Assembly: GCA_963769935.1 (NCBI GenBank)
Contig: CAVYNY010000003.1
Location: 44,341 to 108,340 of the forward strand
DNA: 64,000 bases
Direction: 5' to 3'
DNA from: an uncultured delta proteobacterium
Lineage (GTDB): Bacteria > Desulfobacterota > Desulfobacteria > Desulfobacterales > JAFDCJ01
Positions within the stretch are counted from its first letter, which is position 1, and every line of letters starts with the position of its first letter. Position numbers and translations under genes: made by a program. Below are positions 28,891 to 38,892 of this stretch, piece after piece. The notes under the pieces are model-generated. The model was not told where the DNA came from. It ran no database searches and saw only the letters and a program-made list of their open reading frames with translations.

Positions 28891-31257
28891 CTAGTTAATA
28901 CACACCCGCCGCACTTCCTCCAGATCGGTATGTCCCTGTAGAACTTTTAGAATTCCGTCTTGTTTCAGCGTCAACATGCCTTCCTTCATGGCCTGTTCAA
29001 AGAGCTGTTCGGTATTGGCCTGTTTTTTTATCATCAATTTAATCGGGGGGGTTCCTTCCATTAATTCATGTATACCCATGCGCCCGCGGTATCCGGTACC
29101 GGAACAATTCTCGCAGCCCTCGTGCTCAAATACCGTCATCTCTTGGTTATATTCGATACCGGTGTGGGCAAAATGCCGTTTTCCGTACTCCGCCACAATC
29201 TTTTCAAATTCCTCTTCGGTCAGCGGGTGTTCGGCGCGGCAGTTGCTGCACAGCCTTCGCGTCAGCCGCTGGGCCAATACACCCAGGAAGGCATCTGAAA
29301 AATTGAGCGGATTCAGGCCCATGTCAAGCAGACGGGTAATGGTTTCGGGGGCGCTGTTGGTATGCAAAGTCGAGAATACCAGATGGCCGGTGAGCGATGC
29401 CTCGATACCAATGGAGGCGGTTTCTTCATCGCGCATTTCACCGATCATGATAATATCCGGGTCGGCCCGCAGGAAGGCCCGCATCATCCTGGCAAAATCA
29501 AGTCCGATTTTAGGCCGCACCTCGGTCTGTCTCAGACCGGGCTGGGTGATTTCAATGGGATCTTCGGCCGTCCAGATCTTGACACCGGGCTTGTTGATAT
29601 GGCCTAAGATGGCATGCAGGGAAGTTGTTTTACCGGAACCGGTGGGCCCGACCGCCAGTATCAGTCCGTAGGGTATTTTAATAATTTTTTTCATCACCGT
29701 CAGGTTCCGTTGGATCAGTCCCATTTCATCGATCGCCATGGCGCCGGCCGAGGCCAGAATTCGCATGACCACGTCTTCGAAACCGCCGGCGGTCGGCAAG
29801 GTGGCGACACGCAGTTCGAAGGTCGGCACGCCTTTGCGCCGGAATTTGATCTTGCCGTCCTGGGGCAGGCGCCTTTCGGCGATATCAAGATTGGACATAA
29901 TTTTTATTCTGGAAACAATGCCCCGGACCATGGCATTGGGAACCTTCATGTATTCCTGACAAACACCGTCCATCCGGAAACGGATGGTTGTGGCTTTGCT
30001 GACGGATGAGGGTTCAATATGGATATCGGAAGCATTTTTGCGGTAGGCGGCAATGATACACTGATCCACCAGTTTGACGACCTGGCTGGAGGTCTCATCG
30101 GCTTCATCGACCCTTATTTCTTCATCTTCCTCTTCAAATTCCACATCCGGCAGCATGTCAAAATCATCCAGCGCATCATCCACCGATTGCACATTGGCCG
30201 CGGCCTGTTGGTTCTGATCGAAGAAAAACCGGATGAATTCCTGGATGTCTTCCCGGATGGCGACTGAAAAATTGATTTTGCCCGTCTTCATCAGGGTTTT
30301 GATATTGTCGGTCTTGTTTAAATCTCTGGGATCATCGACCAGAACCTCCACGCCCTCTTTACTCCAGCTCAGGGGTATCCACATTTCATTGAGCAAAAAG
30401 GCTTTTTTGAGATTGCGTAAAAGTTCGACCGGAACGATGGTTGCAGGATCGAAGGCTCTGAAAGGACAGCCGTAAAAAAGGGCAAAGGATTTTCCCAGAG
30501 CATCTTTTTTGACATGGAAATGCTCGAGCAGCACGAACTCCACGCTTTTGTTCATCTTCTTTGACAGCGCAAAAGCCTGTTGCAGCTTGTCGGTTGTAAC
30601 CATATTTTCGCGCAGGAGATAGTCGTACTTTGAACCGGAAGCGAAAGTGGCGGCAATCGAATCCAGCCGTTTTTGGATCTCTTTATCTTTTGGATCCAGC
30701 TGAGCGGCATTCCGATAAAGATCATGGGCCTGATCTCGATAATCTCTTCTTTCCAATTCCTCGCCGAGCAAGAATTTGATGCGGGCCAGGTTCTGAGATT
30801 TTATTTTTTTGCCTTCGATAACCTTTTCAAATTCCTCAACCGCCTTGGCCGGAGAATGTACTTTTAAAAGGCTTTCCGTCATCTTAGGGACTATTTTTTC
30901 AATAGGGTAATCCTCACTGAATAATTTTACATACTCGGCCACGGCCTCTCCGTGAAGGCCCATTTCCTGGAAGGCGGAGGCACTGTCAAGAATTTCGGTG
31001 ACATCTCCCTGACTGGAGAACGTTTTTTTGAACATCGAAATATCTTTGGCCGATACCTCTTTCGTTTTCTTCGTTTCCGTATCGGAGATCTCTTTTTTGA
31101 GCAAATTAATCCGCTTTTGGATTTTATCCTGGGTCTGAGAATCCTGCGGGGAAACAATCGACAGAATGCTCTCATAAATACTCAGCGAATCGCCGTATAA
31201 TCCCATGGATCGGCAAACTTCAGCTTCATTTATTCTGGATTCGATATCGGTTCTCAT
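28891..31257 (-). CDS. PilB/GspE-family secretion ATPase with N-terminal TPR-like extension
   Basis: ASDIHIEP, RRLPQDG, GPTGSGKTT, AEDPIE, LRADPDIIMIGEMRD, GHLVFSTLHTN, tetra-Cys motif. Confidence 0.92.
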   Translation of the reverse strand: MRTDIESRINEAEVCRSMGLYGDSLSIYESILSIVSPQDSQTQDKIQKRINLLKKEISDTETKKTKEVSAKDISMFKKTFSSQGDVTEILDSASAFQEMGLHGEAVAEYVKLFSEDYPIEKIVPKMTESLLKVHSPAKAVEEFEKVIEGKKIKSQNLARIKFLLGEELERRDYRDQAHDLYRNAAQLDPKDKEIQKRLDSIAATFASGSKYDYLLRENMVTTDKLQQAFALSKKMNKSVEFVLLEHFHVKKDALGKSFALFYGCPFRAFDPATIVPVELLRNLKKAFLLNEMWIPLSWSKEGVEVLVDDPRDLNKTDNIKTLMKTGKINFSVAIREDIQEFIRFFFDQNQQAAANVQSVDDALDDFDMLPDVEFEEEDEEIRVDEADETSSQVVKLVDQCIIAAYRKNASDIHIEPSSVSKATTIRFRMDGVCQEYMKVPNAMVRGIVSRIKIMSNLDIAERRLPQDGKIKFRRKGVPTFELRVATLPTAGGFEDVVMRILASAGAMAIDEMGLIQRNLTVMKKIIKIPYGLILAVGPTGSGKTTSLHAILGHINKPGVKIWTAEDPIEITQPGLRQTEVRPKIGLDFARMMRAFLRADPDIIMIGEMRDEETASIGIEASLTGHLVFSTLHTNSAPETITRLLDMGLNPLNFSDAFLGVLAQRLTRRLCSNCRAEHPLTEEEFEKIVAEYGKRHFAHTGIEYNQEMTVFEHEGCENCSGTGYRGRMGIHELMEGTPPIKLMIKKQANTEQLFEQAMKEGMLTLKQDGILKVLQGHTDLEEVRRVCIN

Positions 31258-31319
31258 ATCCTTGCTAAACCTCTTATTCCATCTATCGGCCGCTTAACAG
31301 ATGTCTTTAAATCATTTTA

Positions 31320-31667
31320 TTATTTCTTGAAAAATCTTCGGATCCCCTTCGGTTTTTTGGCAGGCGTCAACGACGGCAACACGATATCGCATTGCAGCCG
31401 AATCATGGCAATTGGAACAAACGGTCCAATTAATAACACCAAATAGCCTATATCATTGCGGCGAATATAAAGACGCCCTTTTTCGAAAATCAGATCCGCT
31501 TCGCGCATGCCGGTCAGCGATTCGATAAACAGACTCCAGTCCCTATTCACGATATCCTCGAGCCCGGCCTGCAGAGAGTTCTTGAATACAAGATCACCGG
31601 CATAAGAGAACAACATCAGACCCCTTACACCTTCCATACTCAAAATATCATCGAACACTTCTTGCAT
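31320..31667 (-). CDS. roadblock/LC7-like small protein
   Basis: ILSMEGVRGLMLFSYAGDLVF pattern and size; Mgl-operon context. Confidence 0.55.
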   Translation of the reverse strand: MQEVFDDILSMEGVRGLMLFSYAGDLVFKNSLQAGLEDIVNRDWSLFIESLTGMREADLIFEKGRLYIRRNDIGYLVLLIGPFVPIAMIRLQCDIVLPSLTPAKKPKGIRRFFKK

Positions 31668-31711
31668 ACCTGTTTTCCAGAAGAAGACTTAAACCGGTAT
31701 TATGTCTTATT

Positions 31712-32722
31712 TCAGATGCTCAATATCTGTAGGAGTTTATCCCGCGGACATTTGGGATTAACCGCGATCACGGTTGTTTTCTCTCCGGGCATTACGATGT
31801 AATCCGTGGCATCGCCTTTATCAATGTAGCCCAGCACCAATTTTCCGATATTTAAATATTCTCCGGTACCGGATAATTGAAAAACACGCCTGTCCCAGGC
31901 GTCGTCTTGATAGATATCCTCCAAACCGCAGGCCGGCCCGACATCTCTCTCGATAATTTCCTTGAGGCTTTTGATAAATGTTCCCGGCTCCGGTTTAAAG
32001 GACGCTGCCTCCTCCCTGACCGATGACGGAGCGGGTTCGCGGACTTCTTCGTCCTTGCGCCTCGCTGCTTCAAGAATCAAGTGCGGCATCTCGCTGTGAA
32101 TTCGTTTCTCTTTCAGCGCGCAGCCGTTTTGAATGGATAGATTGACCTGGTCCCAGGAAAATATTTCATAAGCTGCATTTTCACCCTGCAACTCGTTTAC
32201 CCTCGCATCCAGCAGTTCGCCTTCATGGAAAAAGAGAATACCCTTTTTACCCGTAAATTTGTCATCCAGTCGGATGGTACATGTTTTTTGCTCCATTCCC
32301 ACCAGTTGCAGAAACATCCCCGAGGACACATTATGCAATGTTCCACCTTCGGATTCTTTCCGCAAGGTGGTCATGATTTGCCGGGCCAGATTTTCTATCA
32401 GGAACGGTTTGGCGATGTAGCCGACTGCCCCGCCTTCACGCGCCAGATGCTCCATTTCAGGGGTACTGTATCCGGTGATGATAATGACCGGAATATCCGG
32501 GTAATACTCCATGATATGGGCCAGAAGCTCGAAACCATCCATTCCGGGCATTTTCAAATCCGTGACAACCAGTGAGATGACGCTTTTTTTTAAACTCTCC
32601 ACAGCCTTGAGCCCATCGGAAGCCAGTTGTACCGCAAAGGAATCGCGGTATTTCACAAAGCCTTCTTTCAGAGCAAGCAGCATCTCGTGGTCGTCGTCCA
32701 CCAGCAGAACATTTTTAATCAT
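31712..32722 (-). CDS. response regulator, receiver + DUF4388/PATAN-like domain
   Basis: LLVDDD, TDLKMPGMDG, AKPF; FLQLVGMEQKTCTI..GILFFHEGELLDA. Confidence 0.88.
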   Translation of the reverse strand: MIKNVLLVDDDHEMLLALKEGFVKYRDSFAVQLASDGLKAVESLKKSVISLVVTDLKMPGMDGFELLAHIMEYYPDIPVIIITGYSTPEMEHLAREGGAVGYIAKPFLIENLARQIMTTLRKESEGGTLHNVSSGMFLQLVGMEQKTCTIRLDDKFTGKKGILFFHEGELLDARVNELQGENAAYEIFSWDQVNLSIQNGCALKEKRIHSEMPHLILEAARRKDEEVREPAPSSVREEAASFKPEPGTFIKSLKEIIERDVGPACGLEDIYQDDAWDRRVFQLSGTGEYLNIGKLVLGYIDKGDATDYIVMPGEKTTVIAVNPKCPRDKLLQILSI

Positions 32723-33780
32723 GAGGGGCCCTCTTTTTTCCTGGCCCAGGAGGCCTTTTCAATATCAACGATCCGTACCCCGGCCACATAATCCATGACG
32801 GCATATTTCTTTATGTTGCTAATCTTCTTAGCTATATCATTCATTTTGTTAATCTGGTCATGGATCTTTGCAAGCTTGGGAAATAAGGAATCATCCGAAT
32901 TCTGCTGATCCATAACCTCCCGCAACAGATTGTTAACAATGGTTAGCGGCTGATTCAAACTATGGGCAACACCACCGGCCATTTCAAGGACACCTTGAAA
33001 CTTTTTATCGATATTGTGTTTTTTTTGCTGGGTGACGATTTCGCTGACATCGCGGGCGATGCACTTGATATGGTGGGGACGGCCGTCATCCCTGACCAGG
33101 TAAGCACGCCAATCCAGGTGAAGTTGCTTTGAATTGCTGTCAATGACAGCCAGGATCGTTTCATTGCGGCCGATTTTCAGTATATCTGAAAGGAAAATAA
33201 AAAAAAACTCTCTGTCTTCCGCCAAAAAGAAATCGGATACGGGCTGGCCCAGTATTTTTTCCCTGCTAAAACCCAGCAATTGCGTGCCGGCTCGGTTGAT
33301 ATCTATTAATTCACCCTTCAAATCAATAATAATAACAATATCTTGCATATCATCAGCAATTCCATCCAATTGCGGGATAGGCTTCTCGCTTGCGGTCCGG
33401 CCGGTGATATCCCTCAGGAATCCATCCAAATGAACCACCAACCCATCGTCATCCAGGACAACTTTGGCCGTCACCGCGCATAATATGGGTGTTCCGTCTT
33501 TCATTTTACAGGTAATCGGCAGATCAAAAAGACTTCCACGCTGCAAAATGGAATGAATGAAAATGCCCCTGTCTTTCTTGTTGCGATACAATTCTATAAC
33601 CGGATAATTAATCAGCTCCTCGGCGGAATCAAAGCCGAATGTCCGGGCAAAGGCCTTATTGCAGTAAACCAGTTTGCCTTCAAGCGTGGTGCGATAAATA
33701 GCGGCGGGGATGCCGTCAAAAAATTCAGCAAATCCCCTGCCCGAGATACCGTAGTCACTGATTGATGGAATATTGGTCAT
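32719..33780 (-). CDS. PAS-PAS-HisKA protein without ATPase domain
   Basis: Two PAS domains; H-box-like GGVAHSLNQPLT; ends without N/G boxes. Confidence 0.8.
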   Translation of the reverse strand: MTNIPSISDYGISGRGFAEFFDGIPAAIYRTTLEGKLVYCNKAFARTFGFDSAEELINYPVIELYRNKKDRGIFIHSILQRGSLFDLPITCKMKDGTPILCAVTAKVVLDDDGLVVHLDGFLRDITGRTASEKPIPQLDGIADDMQDIVIIIDLKGELIDINRAGTQLLGFSREKILGQPVSDFFLAEDREFFFIFLSDILKIGRNETILAVIDSNSKQLHLDWRAYLVRDDGRPHHIKCIARDVSEIVTQQKKHNIDKKFQGVLEMAGGVAHSLNQPLTIVNNLLREVMDQQNSDDSLFPKLAKIHDQINKMNDIAKKISNIKKYAVMDYVAGVRIVDIEKASWARKKEGPS

Positions 33781-34766
33781 GCTTCCAATTTAATACTGAA
33801 ATTCTCCAGTTGCTTTGCATATTTTTCAGACCATTTGCGGGAATTTTCCATGAGCTGCGGGATCAGTCCGAGTTCCTGCGACAACTGAGTCACAGAGGTC
33901 AGGACACCGTCGATCAGTTCTTTGTCACCGGCGGCGCCTGTAAAGATGAGCCGACCATCACTGTATTCAAATTCCCCGGCAAAAGGATCCAGAAATGCAT
34001 ATTGGTCTGCATTTTCCACAAACTTCTTCTTTAGTATTTTATTAAAATCGATCTTCAGTTTCTTTTTCTCAGAGACGGTTTTTTCAAATATTTTCAAAAA
34101 ATCCTCCAGCATGGTCAATATATTTTGGGAGGGCCTGGCAAAAGAAGCGCTCCCTTCTTCTTCCATTTTCATTTTTGAGAGAGGTATGCGACAGACATTG
34201 AAAGTGCCGCCTTGTTCCTTGGTTTTCCTGATCAGCGTATCCTGGCTCTTTCTGGTAGGACCGGGTTCACCGTTTTCCCAGGTGAAGGGACCTCCCATGA
34301 TTTTGCCGTTAATAATGAATATCAACCCGCCTTCCCGGCCATTGCCAATGGCGACATCGATATAGCCCGTCAATTTTTCCGAACTCATCTTACGGATGAG
34401 ACCCTCCAGATCGGTAAATTCGGTACTGAGATCTTTGTATATTTTTTCAGCGGCCGGTATGCTTGACCAGAAATAAACTTCATCCAAGGCGATTTTATAG
34501 ACATTGACGATGAAATTATAATTTCTTCCGTCACTTATGATCCGATCAATGGCATCGGCGCCGAACAGTTCAAGATCCTTTTCTTGGTAAAAGGCATTCA
34601 ACAAATCATCCTTGTCGAAAAAAATCACCCCTTCGGCGGCATGGCACTTGAAATAGACGCCGCCCGAGCCTATTTCTCCCTGATAATGCTCCAGCAATTT
34701 TTTTACATCGACATAGTAGATGTTCAGGTTTTCAATTACAGGTTTTTCTCTGGGAATGATCACCAT
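33777..34766 (-). CDS. protein with tandem DUF4388/DUF2226-like domains
   Basis: Repeated LxxxF/YxD..LL..(S/T)G...G.IF..G pattern; similar to 43572-44186. Confidence 0.6.
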   Translation of the reverse strand: MVIIPREKPVIENLNIYYVDVKKLLEHYQGEIGSGGVYFKCHAAEGVIFFDKDDLLNAFYQEKDLELFGADAIDRIISDGRNYNFIVNVYKIALDEVYFWSSIPAAEKIYKDLSTEFTDLEGLIRKMSSEKLTGYIDVAIGNGREGGLIFIINGKIMGGPFTWENGEPGPTRKSQDTLIRKTKEQGGTFNVCRIPLSKMKMEEEGSASFARPSQNILTMLEDFLKIFEKTVSEKKKLKIDFNKILKKKFVENADQYAFLDPFAGEFEYSDGRLIFTGAAGDKELIDGVLTSVTQLSQELGLIPQLMENSRKWSEKYAKQLENFSIKLEA

Positions 34767-34924
34767 TTTTTATTGCCAAACTCCTGAATGCGATTGAGTC
34801 GACCGGATGCCGGTGCGGTTGGGCAAACAATTGCAGCAAACGCAAAGAAAGCGGATAGGAACGAATTTGCCGCATCAGTTTGATCTTGGTCTTAAAATCT
34901 CGGGAAAAATGATGCTTGGGAATT

Positions 34925-36094
34925 TTATCGACGTCGGCGCAGCCGTTCGATGGAAAGTCGAATACTTTCCTGCATTCTGGCGATAGCGTCGGCCAGTTCT
35001 CCAATTTCATCCTTTGATTTTGTTTCAATTTCCATGCCGAGTTCACCCACACTGATACGATCCGCAACCTCGGTCAATGATTTTATTTTACTGGTCAACC
35101 GATGACCATAGGTGAAAACAATCAGTCCGATAAGAAGAAGGGTCGCACCCAAAATGGCAACGGTAATCATCTTCGCTCTATCGGTGAACGCCTTCGCAGC
35201 GGTCTCCATCATTCTTACCGGTCCGGTGAATTCGTCCATATAGGTGGTGGCGGCGATGACAAAGCGCGTTCCGGTAATGGGTGTGCATACCATGAACTTG
35301 TCGCGAAAGGTGCCGTCTTTATTCTTCCAAGTGTAATAACCCTGGGATTTTTTACCCCCCTTAACCCCTGAGAAAACCCGCCAGAAACCTGGAAAATTTG
35401 CACCAAGGGAGGCCTTCAGCGAACTCATATCGATGGCGATTATTTTTGGATCGACATGGGCCCAGGTTCGCCAGACATCGTCGGAACCCGGCAGTTGATA
35501 AAGGGCGGTATATCCGGTCAGTCCCACCTTTTGCACGGCAATGGATTTAAATCCAATGTCCTGGTTGAAATCTTCTTTTTTCAGCTCCGGGTGGCTCAAC
35601 AGGTATAGCTTGCATTCCATGGCCACCGCCGCGGATATGTCGGCAATTTTATCTTCCGCCATACGATTAACAAATTTGGTGCTTTCGCCGGTCAGCAAAT
35701 CCGTTGTGGTTTGAAGCTCACGCAGATAGAGCAAACTCGCACCTGCCATCAGCCCCATGGGGATTAATAGAAACAACAGCAGCATCTTGGTCCGCAGACC
35801 AATTCCCCCTGCTCTGCGCGGGCGCTGGATTGCGCTATCCTCGGCTGCCGGCATTACCGCGGCATCCGACACGGCCGTCGTTGCGCCGTCTTCAATTGAA
35901 GATGTAATCGACTCCAAAGTAGGTCGGGATTCAGGTGCAGGTTGCGGCGCAGCGGGCTCCGAAGCCGAAGGCTCCGGTTTCGACACCATAATGAGATGGG
36001 TACAAGTCCGGCACTTAAAACTGGCGGCCCTGCCTTTTATTTTCGTTGGATCAATGCGATATTTTTTCCCGCACTCTTCGCAGATAACAATCAT
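34925..36094 (-). CDS. zinc-ribbon + Cache-like sensor + HAMP membrane protein
   Basis: CEECGKKY...CRTC, two TMs, VGLTGYT, HAMP KDEIGELADAIARM; ends right after HAMP. Confidence 0.8.
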   Translation of the reverse strand: MIVICEECGKKYRIDPTKIKGRAASFKCRTCTHLIMVSKPEPSASEPAAPQPAPESRPTLESITSSIEDGATTAVSDAAVMPAAEDSAIQRPRRAGGIGLRTKMLLLFLLIPMGLMAGASLLYLRELQTTTDLLTGESTKFVNRMAEDKIADISAAVAMECKLYLLSHPELKKEDFNQDIGFKSIAVQKVGLTGYTALYQLPGSDDVWRTWAHVDPKIIAIDMSSLKASLGANFPGFWRVFSGVKGGKKSQGYYTWKNKDGTFRDKFMVCTPITGTRFVIAATTYMDEFTGPVRMMETAAKAFTDRAKMITVAILGATLLLIGLIVFTYGHRLTSKIKSLTEVADRISVGELGMEIETKSKDEIGELADAIARMQESIRLSIERLRRRR

Positions 36095-36212
36095 TCCGCT
36101 TACTCCTTAATCCTCGATGACGCTGTCAATATGCAGCTGGCTTAACAATACCTTGAATCGTCGGACGCTGGGTACGCGGCAAACCGGGGATTATCATTGC
36201 CGCCCGCATTTG

Positions 36213-36692
36213 CTAGCGAATCGGGTAGCCTTTTTGCAAAATTTTATTGGCCATATTCTCAATAAAGATCGCCTTTTTATCATCGCGTCTGATCTGGGCG
36301 GCAAGTCTGTCAATCAGTTCCGTTACGCGATATCCGGGAAATCGATCCACCTCATACCCCAGGTCATGAATTTCATCTTCAATCAAAACGCCGGCAATCG
36401 GGCCGGTGGCCAACGAGAGTTGAGCGACCAGGTAGCGAAAAAAATCTCCGTCCAGCATAACAATATCTTTTTGCACCCTTTCGATGAGGCCGATCCCCAG
36501 TAGATTGGAAATCAGCTCTCGCAGGGTGCCCAGGTTGATTCCCGATTTTTCGGCTACCTGCCCCAGAGTCGCTTCGCCATTCAATTCCATGTAAACATTC
36601 AGCGTCTGGCGATTCAAAGAAAAATCCCCTAGCCCATTTGCAGCCGTCCGTCTGAATACCATGGAAGATATATCGCCTGAAGATAAATCCAT
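36213..36692 (-). CDS. hypothetical protein, winged-helix-like N-terminus
   Basis: LNGEATLGQVAEKSG...LLGIGLIE; C-terminal LSLATGPIAGVLIED helical domain. Confidence 0.6.
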   Translation of the reverse strand: MDLSSGDISSMVFRRTAANGLGDFSLNRQTLNVYMELNGEATLGQVAEKSGINLGTLRELISNLLGIGLIERVQKDIVMLDGDFFRYLVAQLSLATGPIAGVLIEDEIHDLGYEVDRFPGYRVTELIDRLAAQIRRDDKKAIFIENMANKILQKGYPIR

Positions 36693-36742
36693 AAGATCAC
36701 CCGAATTGGATCATTTTCAGCAAAAAATGACAATGCCTGACA

Positions 36743-37525
36743 TCATTTATGCATCCGTAAATTTTGCATCTCCTCCTTTAAGGCATTAATCTCAGCATGA
36801 ATGTAACGTTTGATTTCCTCAACCGCTTGGGCCAGTGTCTCCACAGCGACAGCCACATTCGATTGTTCATCGGTGAGAATCAACTCTTCTTCGGCGGCAA
36901 CCGCCGTTTGGACGGACGGCTCGGCTTCGACAATGACCGGTTCCGCTTGCTCTTCTTTTACCTCGGTCGCTTCGACAATGACCGGCTCCGCTTGCTCTTC
37001 TTTTACCTCGGTCGCTTCGACAATCGGGGGTTTGGCTGTCTTTTTGGGCTGTCCGGCAGCGGTCTTGCCTTTGGCAATTTGAGTCCGCAATTCCTGGTAT
37101 CGATTCATTTCGGCCCGCAGGATCTTCTTTTTAACATTCTCAGACATGTCCCCGGAAAGCACCACTTTATCAAGACTGGAAAAAACCGAATTAAGGATCT
37201 TAAATGTTTTGGGGTGCGCTTTGGCGCGATTGGTTTTGATGTAGTTGCCCAAAGAGTTCAGGATTTGGAGGAATGTCGATACAATCTTATCGTGTTTGTA
37301 GGTTAGCCGGAGGTCTTTAAGCTGCTGCAGTAATTTATCCAGTAGCTCGTCGGTTATTTCCCAGTCAATGGACAATATTAAATTTTTCAGCTCGGCCAGG
37401 GGATAATGCTCTTTGAGATCCTTATCCTGCGGATCGTTCAGGGGGGCGTCGTTTTCACCAAAAAGATCATCCAGTCGGTTTTCAAGTTCGGAACTCAAGG
37501 TATCAAAATTTTTGGGATCGACCAA
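36743..37525 (-). CDS. hypothetical protein with internal 15-aa duplication
   Basis: Lies in the mgl operon; contains IVEATEVKEEQAEPV twice. Confidence 0.7.
   Translation of the reverse strand: MVDPKNFDTLSSELENRLDDLFGENDAPLNDPQDKDLKEHYPLAELKNLILSIDWEITDELLDKLLQQLKDLRLTYKHDKIVSTFLQILNSLGNYIKTNRAKAHPKTFKILNSVFSSLDKVVLSGDMSENVKKKILRAEMNRYQELRTQIAKGKTAAGQPKKTAKPPIVEATEVKEEQAEPVIVEATEVKEEQAEPVIVEAEPSVQTAVAAEEELILTDEQSNVAVAVETLAQAVEEIKRYIHAEINALKEEMQNLRMHK
36924..37024. repeat. in-frame 45-bp tandem duplication (2 units plus a partial)
   Basis: gcttcgacaatgaccggYtccgcttgctcttcttttacctcggtc x2, one mismatch. Confidence 0.9.
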
Positions 37526-37535
37526 TTGTCTTCTC

Positions 37536-38141
37536 CTATATCAAATCTTTTTTAATCGACGCCACGGTCAGGGAAATAATTCTTTTCAACGTCGCGACCA
37601 CATTGCTCCCCAACACCGCACTGGCCGGAAAAGATGGCGTCTTCAATTGACTGTTCAGGTCTCTTTCAAGGGTTTCCAAGGGCAAAAGCGGGATGCCCTG
37701 CTCCTTTAGATCCATTTTATTGTACTGCATCACAAAGGGAATTTTAAATATGCTTTTTTTATAGGCGGCGAGATTCTCTTGAAGGTTCTTCAGTGAAAGA
37801 ATGTTTTTTTCTCTCCGCACCGCCATGGCATCGGCCACAAAAACAATGCCGTCCACTCCCCGTAAAACCAATCTGCGGGTGGCATTATATTTGACCTGGC
37901 CGGGAACGGTATACAGTTGGATTTTTACGTCATATCCATTGATAATGCCAATATCAAACGGAAGGAAATCGAAAAAGAGCGTTCGATCGCCATGGGTTTT
38001 GACTGTGACCATTTCGGTGTTTATGCGCTTGGCAAATTTTTTATATATGTATTCCAGATTGCTGGTCTTCCCCCCCCTGCCGGGGCCATAATAGACGATC
38101 TTGACCTGGATTTCTTTATTCTTCAGATTTACGAATGCCAT
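37536..38141 (-). CDS. mglA: MglA small GTPase
   Basis: KIVYYGPGRGGKTSNL, RTLFFDFLP, LYTVPGQ, GVDGIVFVAD, QYNKMD. Confidence 0.93.
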   Translation of the reverse strand: MAFVNLKNKEIQVKIVYYGPGRGGKTSNLEYIYKKFAKRINTEMVTVKTHGDRTLFFDFLPFDIGIINGYDVKIQLYTVPGQVKYNATRRLVLRGVDGIVFVADAMAVRREKNILSLKNLQENLAAYKKSIFKIPFVMQYNKMDLKEQGIPLLPLETLERDLNSQLKTPSFPASAVLGSNVVATLKRIISLTVASIKKDLI

Positions 38142-38207
38142 TAGAATGAACCTGATTAACTCATATAACCGGATATCAGTTCCGAACCTGATAAAAGGCT
38201 ATTAAAT

Positions 38208-38612
38208 TTACAGTGACAGAAGCGGTTCTAAAATGACCTTCAACTGTTCGACAGATTCAGATACTTTCAGTCGCAGGAAGCCCAACGATATATCATTACC
38301 GAAAATGGTAATCAGCAAAAATTCAGTGGTGATTTTATTAAAATGGATGTTCTCCTTTTTCCCTTTGTGGAAAAGCAGCGAGAATTCATTTTCACCAATG
38401 ATTTTGGCCATGGCACTCACAGCACCAAAATTGCCGGCTGCCAGAGCCGCCAGCGAGTAGATATCATGCTGCTTTTCGCCGTTGTCCAAATTGGCGATGA
38501 TATTACCGGCCATATCGATCAGGAAAACACATCGCACCCCATTGTCAATGAGATCCTGCTGTAAAATATCTTCAATACTATCGAGCTGTTTTTGACCAAG
38601 CGTATATGACAA
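38208..38612 (-). CDS. mglB: MglB roadblock-domain GAP
   Basis: SLAALAAGNFGA, GENEFSLLFHKG, SLGFLRL; adjacent to mglA. Confidence 0.9.
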   Translation of the reverse strand: MSYTLGQKQLDSIEDILQQDLIDNGVRCVFLIDMAGNIIANLDNGEKQHDIYSLAALAAGNFGAVSAMAKIIGENEFSLLFHKGKKENIHFNKITTEFLLITIFGNDISLGFLRLKVSESVEQLKVILEPLLSL

Positions 38613-38892
38613 TTGCCAGCCTCCCTTAAAAATTTAAAGTTGATAAAAATCCCATATCTTTACTGATTTCGGTTACTTTTAGCATAACTTTAATAATTTT
38701 TCATAATTCGCAGCGGTCAACCGGAGTTGGAGATGTTGGAAAACAGATCACCTGCACGCCTCAGGCCGATCAGACTTGCAGGCAACACCGAATTAAAAAA
38801 GTTTCAACAAAAGGATTTCAAACTGAAAAGGGAAATCACGGCTTATAGTTCTTAAATTACAAAATATATTGTATTTTATCAAGTTAAATCTT

